Assembly: GCA_017499595.2 (NCBI GenBank)
Contig: CM039009.1
Span: 2,356,001 to 2,420,000 of the forward strand
Direction of reading: 5' to 3'
Source: Psilocybe cubensis
Lineage: Eukaryota
DNA length: 64,000 bases
Part shown: positions 40,981-53,714 of the stretch, in pieces
How the letters are laid out: every line of letters starts with the position of its first letter
Numbering within the stretch: position 1 is the stretch's first letter
Made by a program: the position numbers and the translations under genes
The notes under the pieces: model-generated
Told to the model about the DNA's origin: nothing
Databases searched by the model: none
Seen by the model: the letters and a program-made list of their open reading frames with translations, nothing else

Positions 40981-42053
40981 TCATACTTTCTCCAGGGTGA
41001 CCTTCCTATTCTCCGGATTTGTTGATACATTCCATGTCGTACATTGTCGCAATTCCGAAATATTCCCTTCCCATACAATCTCAGCTTCCACTGCGGTTCT
41101 GATTAACTGTTTCTCTGTGGATTATTCATCAAACAATAGGCTGTACTTCGAGTAACAGTCACATACGTCGATATCGGCGCTGGGCATAAATCTTTAGCAC
41201 CGGATTGAATATAGTTGTTATTATACTGCCATGACTTCACGGCCATACGGTCATCAAAAGCAAGATTGAGTCAATGGAAAAATAAGTACTCAATGTCTTT
41301 CCAGCAGAACAAGGGATCTGCGCTAGATCCATCATCACTACACAGTCCCTATAGCAACATAATGAACGATCTTAAGGTTGTAGCAGCAATGTTAGACTCC
41401 TACCAGTGCAACTTGACCCATGTCTCCGGTATCGTTAAGGCATTGGATAACCCCCTTTTTACCGAGAATAGGCTCAGAAATGTAGTACTCAAAATTTGGG
41501 TTCACTTTGAGCGAACAACGCTGACCGATCTAAACGAAAAACGTCGTACCGTTTCACTCATCGTTGGGAAACAAACATACATCACATTGTTGGAATCGAT
41601 GACCTTCAACTAGATCGTTATCGTCTACCTGTAGTTACGATTCACGTCCTTCAGTACGGATTCTGGAATAAGAGGTGGATTGAGCAAACCTGGGGAGCAA
41701 TCCAAGCCGTTTTTCCAGAGTATTCAATGGTCGCATTACATATCCCAGTTCCGAAAAATGTAATTATTTCTGTGCAAAAAATTGTCAATGGGGATCAAGG
41801 AAAATGTATTTTGGCACAAATACTCCAGTATATAGGAAATAAATCAACATAAGCCTCCCCTGGCTTCTTGGGAAGCTCGAATACCAATAAAAGATCAATA
41901 TCGACTCCGAGGTCCTTGCTTAAGAATTCTAGAGTCCTGGAGTCTCCAATAGCGGATTTTGGATCTACAAAAACATTTATGGGTCTAAATCACTCAAGGT
42001 CAGCATGTTGCTCAATGATTAAGAGTTGTACCCGTTTACGTCGGCGACCTCAT
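40981..42053 (-). CDS. Uncharacterised family X, paralog 4 (spliced; absent from the ORF track; start uncertain)
   Basis: RTLEFLSKDLGVDIDLLLVFELPKKPGEAYVDLFPIYW, YSGKTAWIAPQ, GQRCSL, FNPVLKIYAQRRY, then ...RKVTLEKV*. The start needs a gtaaac donor after MRSP. Confidence 0.78.
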
Positions 42054-42512
42054 CTGCGGCGTTACAGATAGTATCCTAAATATAGCCCCAGCGAGGGAAG
42101 GTGGATAGGGGGGACCCAGCGGTCAACCTAAGTCCTTTATATAGGGATTCAATTCAGGCATATTACACTACCGGCACATGTTCACATAGTGGCCAATCAT
42201 AGTCCGCTATGGATTATGTATAGGTTCAACATTGACAACTTAATGACAGCCAAAATGCTTGGGTTGCGGGGTGGTAATGTGCGCACGGGCCAAGCGCATA
42301 ATCCGTCAGGTGCATGAAGTTTCCATTCAGGAGTTTTGGTTATTCATTGTTCTATAACAGAATCGAATTGATAAAATTACGGCTGCAGATATTCAGCTAA
42401 GAATACCCAATACGCTTCTGAACAATGGATTTAATGTGTTCAATTCCAGGTAATGTCTTTGCTATAGGTATTTAACGATGTTTACAGCTTGCATCGGGTT
42501 TGTGGGTACTCT

Positions 42513-43655
42513 CTAGGCTTCCTCAATGACGACTTTTCCAGTCCCTTCATCAATCGACACCTTCCATTCTGTCGAATTGGGAAGGGAAATAAGATTCTTT
42601 TCGAAAAGAAGTGGCGACTCGATGTCACCCCTGATTAGTTGGGTTTCTATGTGGATATGGAGAATAAATCAATTGTCGAGGACCGCGTCGATATATTACA
42701 ATTATCACCTTTGTAATCACTGACGGCATATATCTTCAGCTTTGGTGTAAGCTCCGTGGAGAGAGTGCTGTCCTTTCTGTATCGATATCAGAGAGCAGTA
42801 GATAAGGGATGATGATGGGAAGAAAATACGCAATATTGTTCCAAACAAGCGCTGGTTCCATTTTTGTTCCTGCTTCATTCATGAATCCCTAAGCAACGAC
42901 ATGAATTAAAACGCTTTTTTGATGTGAAGTTTAAGCAACGCACAATCCCGATACTTGCGGGACGCTCCGTTTCATTGACGCATTGTAAGGCTTTAGGAGC
43001 TTTACTGGGGACAGCTTTGGTGATGTAACTCCCATTCTTGTTCGCATTTGTGCGAAGAGCGCATTTCTCTCCAGACTATTGTCACATTGTAAGAGAGCGC
43101 CAGTTATTGCATGAGATCCGTTAACTGACCTGGCAACGCTGAGCATTTGATGCCGAGACACGGTTTCCCGACCTGTTCTACAATCCCATAGCTTGAAATC
43201 ACGTAACGAATAGAAAGTTGCTGAACATACTTGCGGAACGAAGAACCCAGTGTCCGCTGTGTACTGCACACTTGCTGAGCCGAGTCCGGTAGCGCCAAAC
43301 GAGATGACCTCTGATAATTAATGTCAAATCTTACTTAGGAATAATCTTGGTGCTACTTACTCCAACAAACTGGGAACAGGTCAACATATAATTTTCCCAC
43401 CTGCGGAGGCTCAAACATGAGGAGCAGGTCTAACTCCTTGCCGAGGTCATTTGATAAAAATTCGAGTTCTCTAGTGTTTCCGCCAGTGGTAACAAATGAA
43501 TTAAGGGTGCTGGATGCACTCTTGTAAGCAAATTTTTCAACGATATCTCTAGTGATTTCTGTCAGAGATACACTTCTGCATACAGTATGTGTAGAATCAT
43601 GCACTGACGTTGGGGAGTTAGAAGCAGAAATATTTCCGGAATCTTTGTCCGCCAT
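42513..43655 (-). CDS. Uncharacterised family X, paralog 5 (spliced)
   Basis: RELEFLSNDLGKELDLLLMFEPPQVGKLYVDLFPVCW, YTADTGFFVPQ, ELTPKLKIYAVSDYK and LIRGDIESPLLFEKNLISLP...VVIEEA*. Confidence 0.88.
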
Positions 43656-46600
43656 GTTGAAGTAGAAAAGTCAGTGGAAGTGATGTTCTTGTGTACGAAT
43701 GATGAGAGTGGGTAACTCAGTCCACTTTTTATACTCGAGATTTGTTGTTTTATTATTTGCGGAAGCAAATAGAAAATCCTCAGTATGATGTCAGAGCACC
43801 GCGGGAGCGGTAGTCTTTTGCCTTTAGAACCTGTAAAAACTAATTGGTTTCGGTCTAAAAGACAAGATAGCGTACTCAAGAGCACGATAGTGTGATTTGG
43901 GACGCTAGCATCACTCCAACGTAATCTATTGTAGAGAAGTGGAGCTTAAATGATATCAATGTCTTCTCTCGTAGTATATGTTCAAGGTATATTGTTGCTA
44001 TCGCATTATCTGGTACCTCAGCAAGGTGATGTGGAGTGAACCTAAGCCATCTACCTATGGAAGCAGTTACAAATTCTCACGAAAAGGTATAACAACGAGT
44101 GAACTTCTTGATTCTATGTCATTTAAACTAATTTAGCAGACAAGCTCGAGCACAGGTCCCACTTTTTCCATGGGTCCTGCTGGCGTAAGTGTATATAGTG
44201 CTGTCAGACTTTCTTCGATTTCGCTATTGTACAACAATTACCATGATCAGTTCTCCTAGAACAGAAAATTTATACGAAAGCGATTTGGACATTGCACATA
44301 CAGCAGGTAAACAATAGTAGGAACATTGAATGACTCGTTGAAAAGCGAGAGGTGTTTGTTTCCTTTACAAATATACTACACCCAGAACATGTTCAAAGTT
44401 GGTGTACACCGATTTATGCATACACGGAGGCACAGCGCATCAGCCAAAATGTCAAAGGTTAGTATGCGGGGAGAAATGAGTGCATATCCGAACACTATAA
44501 TCAATAGCGGTGTGTGCATCATTTTCGGCAGTTTGAGTCGTTGAAACCAATTGCAAGAGGTGAAAACGATGGCCAACAAAATTTGGGAAGACACATGGCC
44601 TTAGACGAAACCTATAGACCGGGAACAGGCTCAAAGCGGATAGGAAACAAAACATACCATGCACCTGTCCAACGCGGATGCAAAATAATACCACCATGTG
44701 CGAAATATGTGGAAGTTAGCGGGAAATATTGAAGAGGGACGCGCAGGCAGAGCGTTTAACCCCATAAATGGCGGTTATTGAGAGGTCAAGATACTGACGC
44801 ACGGGTACTATGAGTGATAGTGTCTTGTTTCCGACGTCGGCTATGCCCAAATACATTGAGCCTGATGAGGAGTGCATACGCTTGAAGCTGTTTAACGGTC
44901 AGACAGGACCATATATATAGTAGAACTCACACTCAATTTCGTATCTTCATTTACGTAGCATTCAGCGCTCAGCTTCCGGACTTCCCTTTCCAACTTCAAG
45001 CTTCACAGTCCAAGCCAGATACACATGCGTTGAAGATCGATGGCAAAGCAATATTAGGGGGTGAAAGACAGGGTATTTAATGAGTGTAGTTATTGATAAC
45101 CAGCTAGAATATCAGGGTGTGTCGATGGTAGGAAACAAGAGGATGGAAAGGTTTTGTGGCCTTGCTGTGAAACAGTAAGGTTCCCCACTGTCGAAATTCA
45201 CCGTTTTAGGAAGGAGCCAAATAAAAGCACATACAGTTCTGCTGTAATGAAACTCTCGAAAGTTGAGTCTTTTGACATATTTGCTATCACTGCTTCGGCC
45301 AAATAGATGCATATACCGTTCTGCTAAAATTGAACCTCTCGAAAGTCTTTTGAGAGGTTCGACTTTCGATGAAAGTTATGTCTTTTGACATGCTTACCTT
45401 TATAATGCTTCAACTAAATATAGGTACATGCAGATCTGATGTAAGAATCCGTTCCCATATTATCTTATCTTCACAGCTCTACTCTAATTTAATATATTCA
45501 CTTCTTCCATTTCTTTCTCTATTATTTCGAGTGGCATTAGCCCAGTCTATGATGCTTGATTCGCAATATAATTATTTTGGGTGCATCAACAAGTTTTGTT
45601 CCACTTATCCTAAGTTCAAGAAGGTCACCATTCTAAAACCGCCCCCACTAAAGACTCCCAATCCTTTCAAATGATCGCCTAAGACACACATTCTTGTAAA
45701 CTAGGTAACACCATCCTTTCATCCCTGGAGTTTACCCTCCAGAGCAATCTGATTTGGTATGTGAGTACTCATTCACAATTTATTTTGACAGTACAATGTT
45801 CAGATTACAATACTTGCCAGAAACCGTTAATGAGGAGATTGCTACTTCAGTAAACCGAGGGGCAATAACTCAAGATGAACTTTTGTCATTTTGTCATCAA
45901 TATTAATATGCTCACACCGCTACTAACTTAAATTTCCAGAGACCAATCTGATATTATAAAAGGCAGCCCGACTAAGAGCGCAAGAAGACATTAAATACAG
46001 TAGTTGAGATTAGTTATGTTATTGGTTGGGGAAATCAAATGAACCCTTTGGCTGTTAAATCATTTTCAGTAACGAAAAGTTGGCATTGCGTGATGATAAA
46101 CTTTTCCACAGCAAGGCCCTATCGCCAGCGGCGATGCTTGATCTACTAAGCGTTGACAAAACGTTAGAAAATGGATGCGGGCTGTTGGAGATGCCAAAAA
46201 TAGCAACTAAATCTCCGATTAAAATAATTGATCCGGAATCTCACGACCGTAAAACATCTCGACTAACACGAGTTAAGATTTAATATTAACAACCATGCCG
46301 GTTCAAGGGTTGAACGTAAAACCTTGAACAATAATATATCGTTGTGTAGGATAAGGTGACATATATTGGTTGGTTTCCCAACTAACATCCCTCATTGACA
46401 TGACACGTACGATAAATCATCACGCATCACTGGCAGGGTCATTCTTGTGTAGGGATCCACGCTTCAGTTACATGAGTGTTAGAACAAATCGAACATGAAG
46501 ATCATGTGTCACGAGGGACGGAAGGAATCTCTACGGCCTTGTTCCATCGAAGCAAATAAAAATCAGAAGCTCTAGGACCCTGGAAGAGGACACGGAATTT

Positions 46601-47494
46601 TACCAATGTCCGACAACACCACTTGTGATCTTTTCCCATAATATTGAAGGCCAGGACTGGGCCATATTCCAGGATCCTGGAGGGACAGCTCCAAAGTCGC
46701 TTCAAACCTGATTAATATGATTATCCTGACCGGCAGAATGAGTAGGAATACTTCTACCCCAGGAAAGCATTGCCACAGAAGCTCTCAGTGCTGCAACCAG
46801 TAATCATGATGCAATCGATCCGAAGATTTTCTTCCTTTTGATAGCAAGTATTTTGGGTATAACCCCACAAAGCATGTAAAGATGTTAACCGTGTTACAAA
46901 GAAGCTTTGTAGCACTCGCAAAGGATCGGAGGGTGATTACGCCCGCGCTGTATATTTGGAAACATCAAGCTGCAATGTAATGATTTGTTGATAACTGTGG
47001 AAATCAAACTTTTATGTTTTTGTAGTCACGCTCGTGGTACAGTGGCATTGCTTGATAGTAGGTCAATCTTATATAATGAGTTACTATAAAGCTATCTGCT
47101 ACGACTACGTGTGAGTAAATGGGACAGGTATTGCGGTACAAACGAAAGTCTTCTAGGTTAATCCCAGTTCAAATGAATACGTCAAGGGTGTAGTAGGACC
47201 CTGGGTATCGATAACGGGTCTATTTCAAGGGTTTGTGGTCATAATTCTGCCTTGTTCGGTTCGGGAAATTTTATTTTCAACTTTACTGCAAGTAATATGA
47301 ACATCTAAAACGAACAAGTGAATAATTTCACACATTTTTATAGCTGAACGAACGTATAAAATCCAAACGTCGTTTCTGTATACATACCAGCCCAACATTT
47401 GTACTTCAAAATCCTAGTAAGCCTCCACCATCGCATTGGAAGATTTCCCGAGATTCATCTTCAAATTTATATCTTACCACAGCACGCAAATTCG

Positions 47495-48205
47495 ATGTTG
47501 AACTTTGTCAGTCTCGCTTCGCTCGCTTTGGCAGCATTGTACTTGGTATCCCCAGTTATAGGCCACGGTCATGTAACCGTCCCCCCCAGTCGCCAAGAAC
47601 GTTGCCGCGCTGGAGAAGTACCGAACTGCGGTGGCGCCCAATGGGAACCACAGAGTGTCGAAGGTTTAGCGGGGTCATTTGCCTGTAACGGGGATGGAGC
47701 ACGTTTTCAAGAACTCAACGACAATTCCTTATTCCAGAACGCCTATTTCACTGTCCCAGAAGGCACCGAAGAACTCGCCTTTACTTGGGTATTAACCGCA
47801 CCGCACAGGACCCTGGTTTGGGAATACTTCGTACTCACCCAGGACAACACCCTTTTGCTTTCGGAGCCAGGATTTAACGTCACCCCTCCGGCAATCGTGA
47901 CCCACCCGGTTCCATTGAATGGAATTAAAGGGAGGCAGACAGTCCTTGCGCGATGGACCATTGGCGATACCCAGAACGCTTTCTATTCCTGTGTCGATCT
48001 CTTGATCGGAGCTGCTGAGACAGCCACTGCCGTTGCTGGAGCAGTCGCTACACCAATGCCCGTTGCGATGCCCTACGGATTCCATGATTCACTCGGCCAT
48101 GAGAATTCCGCCAACCGCTCGGACTCTTCCAGTGCTGAATCGAGTCGCGCGGGTGCACACAAGGCCATCCAAAACTTCCTGTACATTCAGGGACCACAGT
48201 CCTGA
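47495..48205 (+). CDS. AA10 lytic polysaccharide monooxygenase (chitin-binding type), intronless, secreted
   Basis: Signal peptide, then N-terminal His in HGHVTVPPSRQERC, WEPQSVEG, second His in LTAPHRT, and WTIGDTQNAFYSCVDL with the axial Phe typical of AA10. Confidence 0.93.
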   Translation: MLNFVSLASLALAALYLVSPVIGHGHVTVPPSRQERCRAGEVPNCGGAQWEPQSVEGLAGSFACNGDGARFQELNDNSLFQNAYFTVPEGTEELAFTWVLTAPHRTLVWEYFVLTQDNTLLLSEPGFNVTPPAIVTHPVPLNGIKGRQTVLARWTIGDTQNAFYSCVDLLIGAAETATAVAGAVATPMPVAMPYGFHDSLGHENSANRSDSSSAESSRAGAHKAIQNFLYIQGPQS

Positions 48206-50589
48206 AGCATCGACTCCTTCCCTTCCCCCGCGGAGCAACGGAGAGTGTTTCCATAATCATTTTCATCGACTGATTATACATAGTTGGTCGTTAAATTTCC
48301 ATAGTTTGAGTTAGTCATTAAAAATGCACTAAAAAGAAATTTTTGTACTTTCCAAATAGCCAAATGTAAAATTGAATTCGGAATCATCAAATCGACACAA
48401 GTGAGTTGGATCTATTGATGAGCAATTATTAATTAAGTATTGCTCCTTACATTCAAGGCCCATCATTATCACCGTTTTTTAACAAGCAAGCAGGTACACG
48501 GCCCAACCATCGTTGGACCATACGCTTATACAATCAAATTCAATTCCGTTCAATCTGCTCCATGTTCGACATACCGGGCACCCCGTATACCACAGACTGG
48601 AAGATGATTGGTGAATCAGTACGTTCGGAGTGATTATGTTGAGACGGAGATCAAATGTTGTCTGGGAAACTCGGTGGCAATGCAAATGGAGCTGACGTAA
48701 TCCTGAGACAAGTGCCAAACGTTCGAATGAATCCATAAAAGTCGTACATCGTATAAGTGAGTATGCAATGATTCAGGGCAAGGAAAGATCGGTATCAAAC
48801 AGCAATATACCGACTATGTATACCAGTTCTTTGGATCCTAGCAACGACCAACCTGCTAGTCATCGGCCAGAAAGAAATTGACAGTCTACATTCCGTTGGT
48901 CGCAATATGAGGTTTTGGTATGAGATGCAATGTCTGAATCAGGAGTACAGGGAATGAGCCCTCGGGAAAAGTCGTCACTGTAAATTGGTCGGTTTTGCTA
49001 CCTAGCTGTGAGTGATCATTTCCCCTCTTCATGCCGGAACTCCTTCATTGAGAATTGGTGTCTTCCCAGACATTCCCCGTTGTGCTTACCACTCACATGT
49101 ACAATCAAATCTATGTTCAACATGGCTCGCTCTCGTAAAATGGAGAAAGAACAGCGAGTTGAATATAGATTCGAATGTACTTGTGAGAGGAACAGGGGTT
49201 AACGTATAAAGGAAGACTCGAGGATTGAGGAATGTATGGATTTGGACAAAGCAGAGGGCACGTTTCCTTTAGTAATGAAGGAATATGGTACGTTATATTC
49301 AATCCATGAGCCAGATTTGATGTTTAAGCGGACACTAGAGAACGTGAGTCTAAAAGATCAAGGAAAGGAACTTATACTGCTTCCACTAGTGCTGAGGTCA
49401 AAGAGATGGGGTGTACTATGGGGAAAGCCTGATAAACTATCCGGATATTTATGCCTTTCATGTAATCATTCCAGCTTATTGTGTGCTCAACTTGCATATT
49501 TCCAGAAACGACTTGAAAGTTTATGGGCCCATCTTTCATACAAAGTTATAGCCTGGGCCACTCGGACTGCATTTCTGACGCCTTGGCCTCATGTCCCAAA
49601 CAGCGATATCAATTGAGGAAGTCGTCGGTGTCTGTGGGCCACTGCGCTGCCTGTAACATCACAAAGACACCCATTGGCACATTCACTCCTGAGTCATCAG
49701 AGACGTACAATCCTGAGCGGTGATAAGCCGTGTCGCGCTACGAGCGCGTTCCCACGACTGCGCGTTCCCACGATATGCCGCGCGCGGCATCAATCATCGG
49801 CCTTTACCCACGAACTTCGACATCCACGACATCCTCCTCCCCTCGTCAACCAGATCGCCCTCCACCGACATTATTACTGTTAGGCGCCTTCAGCTTTACC
49901 CCCTATTGCGCGCGACACGCCCCCGATCAAGCCTCGTGGAGTAGTCAACATGTTTCCCACGTTTCGGCGCGTTCCCACGCTTAGGCCGTCGCGATCGACT
50001 TAGTGAAAATGCGCAAATTAGAGCGCTTCCTCCCGCCTCATGTCTCGAAAACAACTCCTATTCCACTTATTCTCGCACATTCGATAGCTTTCTATTCCCC
50101 CTATTCTACATTATGTGCAGAAGAATCTTGGTTCACAGATACTAGACAAATAGAGTAACTTTTGGCCCCTTAGAATACCATTCTCCCCAAGTATCTCTCA
50201 TTTTTGCGAAATACCATCAATTTTCTGTGTTTCTCTGCGTCGTCTCGAGTTGCGTTTAAGTATACATCGTACTGCGTCTACCAGCGTCGTTTCCCATTGT
50301 CACCTTGCATTTTTGCGCATTGGACGCTGCCACTCGGTTTCCTGCTTGAAATTAATCAGTTATGTGGGTCAGTAGTGTACAAATGGTGTATCTAAACTAT
50401 GGCTGACTTGAGGTGCAAAAAATCCCGAATTGGCCGTGAAGTCAACTGTGGCTGAACTCATCCCAACAGCACTAAAAGACAGAAGCTCTTACAATTAGTG
50501 AAGGGCACAGGAAATTTACCTTGCAGGAGAAGCGAGGGAAGTGCAAGGGAAGTGCAGTGCAGGAAGTGCGGGCAGTGCGACGTGCGCTA

Positions 50590-50660
50590 GTGGCTTAGGG
50601 ACGTGGACGATTGGCTGAGGGACGTGCGGAAGTGGCTGATGGACGTGCATGTGCGTGCGT
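50590..50660. repeat. Degenerate 21-bp minisatellite
   Basis: Three units: gtggcttagggacgtggacga / ttggctgagggacgtgcggaa / gtggctgatggacgtgcatgt. Confidence 0.6.
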
Positions 50661-51528
50661 GGGTTCGAACCGTGTTGAAGCAGGTCGGGGTGATGGAGCG
50701 TGGTATAAATTGACTTCAAACAAACTTGTGTCGTCTTTCTTGGTCGTCACTGTTCCTCTGCATTGAATGAGGCTTGTACCACTAAATAAAGTCATATTAT
50801 GATAGATAGTAGTGTACCAACTGAATAGAAGTGAATTTATAAGTTATTTAATCAATGAACGTGTGTTGAGCTAAGAATTGAGGCCCGGGCTAGTTTGCAA
50901 TTGGTGAGCGACTATCCTTGTATGAATGAAATATTAAACCACATACCTCGAGTTCGATGTCATCCCATTCTCAACCACCAAAGTTGAAGTATTCTGGTGC
51001 GTCGCCGTGGGTAAAAATTTGCGATGATTATGGTATTATTGTTGACAAACTCCGCACAAGCTCGCCACTACGGCATTTATACCAAACACTTTGTGAGATT
51101 TCGCTTCCGAATCCTTCAGCCGTGCCATCATAATAAGGCATCAGGCAAAATCAGGGATATGATGTACTTTGGATGTACTCTGAAATTCATCAAATATAGG
51201 AAGTAAAACCATCCGTCGACTCAGCATTTGGACGTCATTAGGTCAATGATTTGGGGACCTTTATATTACTTTAATGAATGTGGTATTCCATAATATAGGG
51301 GAAACACGCTTATCTGATTTTCCATGCCCGCCTGATATTTTATTTGACATTGCCTGCTTTCTTGGTAGTTAAATGCATACACCCAGATTTGTTTCCTTAT
51401 CAATAGTATTTTTAACACTATTTTAAGTACTTAACTGTGTTCTAAACATATCAATTGCTTTTGTATTTATTTTGCTTTGCTAGCAGCTCTTAAAAAATAT
51501 ATCTATAGAATGAAAGCCAATCTCAATT

Positions 51529-52520
51529 TTAAATAAGGTCCTGATGAATCTCGTTTCCAGTGACGTGGCTGGCTCTTTCAACATGATCTCGTCTGGGTCG
51601 CTGGTAAAGAGATATAAAATCCGTCTTCAGGGATTTCCAGACCGGCTTTCCGGCTTGCATCTGTTTCCTTGTATAGTATATCCCAAGGACTCCTATAACC
51701 AATCCCAAGACTCCCAAAGGGATTGAAGAAGCTAAACTAGCGATATCGCCATTGGATAGACCATTGGATTGCTCTCCAGTGGATGGTGCTGTTGCTGTGG
51801 GTGTCGCCGGTACATTTGTTATGGATGTGCTTGCAAAGAAGGGAGCTGCTGTTGTCGATGTTGCAGTGTTGGTATCATAAATGGTAGTACTGCTCTGCGA
51901 TATGATGTGACCAGCGTTTGAAGTAGATAAAAATGTGGTCGAAGATCCAGTGCTCTTACTTGATGTCCCCTGGATGGTAGCTACAGGACGGAGGAAAAAT
52001 ATATCCCACCCATCGCTGTCCAAGATTATCTGCCCAATATTAGCGTAAATAAATATTTGACGAACACAATTACACACCGACTCAGGTAAGCCAGAGGATG
52101 GATTAATTCCAACTACCCACCAAGGTCCTGCATCATTGCTATTTGCAGAGAACCTGGAATAAGATAGTTTGTTAGCATCATGGTCAACCGCATGTAAGAC
52201 TTCTTGGGACACAACTTGTACCATCCTAGTCCAAATGTCGATGGGGACAGATACCACAGAATGGGTGTTGGCTCTGTCAATGTATTATTTATGTCCACCG
52301 CTGAGCGGCCTATGCACATTCCTGAGCTGACACTGCATACAGATCTCAGGCTCGAGCTTTGGTCTCCAGATACATTCCATTGCTGGCTGGTCGCTCCTGG
52401 AAGAAAAACCGAGATTGTGGGCTGGAACTGTGAAGTAGGATTAAGGGTTATATAGTACTCTACATTCTGTGGTTGATAAAAGAGATTGAATACTCCAACT
52501 GGTATAGCCATGGATCCCAT
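51529..52520 (-). CDS. Single-pass membrane protein: possible ricin-B/beta-trefoil-like N-domain, Ser/Thr stalk, TM helix (spliced)
   Basis: A QxW-like motif SQQWNV in the N-domain, a Ser/Thr-rich tract, TM IPLGVLGLVIGVLGIYY followed by basic residues. No clear signal peptide. Confidence 0.65.
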
Positions 52521-52892
52521 TTAGGTCATAAATAATGGGTTAATGACTATTAGTCGAAGTAAAACTGAGTGAACTCAGTGACAGATGAATGAGAACAAAG
52601 AAAAGCACACCACTCTTCGTGTCCCAATTGAGTGGGCTGCGGGATCATCCTGTTTGTGATGACTTTTCAATTGACCTATAAAAACCGTCTCTGCCACCTT
52701 GCCTCCACTCATCCAATGAAATGCTATGTTGCTATTAATAGTCGTGTTTAGATTCTTTACCTTTGCTCAACAGTCATTGGTTGATAAATGTCTTTGAGAG
52801 AACTATTGGGTTTGAATACATACAGCACTATTGTTCACATAGATACATCAATACCTCCCAACGCTACTATTTTATTTAGAAGTACTTGGATT

Positions 52893-52994
52893 TGCGGGAA
52901 TACTGTTAAACGCTTGAACGGAAAGGAGCAGGGTATTGTTCTGGGTAAAAACAAAGTATTCCCAAGACTGGGTGCGGTGCGCTGTTGTAAGAAC
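52893..52994 (-). pseudogene. About 100-bp fragment of an AA10 LPMO gene
   Basis: Near-identical DNA to ~57199-57299. Encodes VLTTAHRTQSWEYFVFTQNNTLLLSVQAFNSIPA. Confidence 0.9.
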
Positions 52995-53714
52995 GCACGA
53001 GCCTTTTATGAGTCTGAAGCGTTATTTATGTAACGTAAACAAGTAATTAATTGCTGTCCTTGTGGATATCTGCAGATCCGAACCTGGGATTGGCAGACGC
53101 CGAAGGCTACTTCGAACCATCGGAGTTTATATATTTGATCATCAGCCGGGGTTTGAATGACGGGGCGTAACAGGCAAAACCTAGCCGATTGATGGCGGAT
53201 CAGAATCGGCATTACTATTACTTCGAGGCCTATCAACGTGTAAGAAACGAGCCCTCTTGACTTGCTCTTAACTATTCCTTTGATCTCAATATGATACCAA
53301 CAACTAGTTCAAATGTATTGACTACTTATATATAAATCTACGCTACATCATAATTTCAGTTGTTAGACCATTGACAGTACTCGATAATTAGTCGCAGAGC
53401 GCCCTGATTTCGCTCATGCCAGATAAGGTGCGTAAACATGTCGCCAAAATACTCTTTAATGTATCTGTCCTTAATTTTAGTCCAAGGTTTCTCGGTATAT
53501 AATGACATATTCAGGAAAGGGAGTTACATCAAGCCAAATGAACTTGTTATGGCCAACACAACATTCATCTAAACGGGACAAGCATTGCTTCAATTCATTG
53601 AATTTACGGTAAACGCTACAGCTACGAGACATCCTAGAAAGTTGCCTTCAATAGAATTTCAATCACCATACTCCATCAATACATGAACGCGCAGTCTAAA
53701 CAAAGATATAGTGA

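Noticed and set aside
47399-47494. N-terminal extension of the first AA10 ORF
   Set aside because: It begins at a TTG. The ATG at 47495 gives a proper signal peptide ending just before His1.
48400-49620. Possible decayed F-box/LRR-like gene on the minus strand
   Set aside because: Only vague Leu-rich fragments with many stops; cannot be supported without a search.
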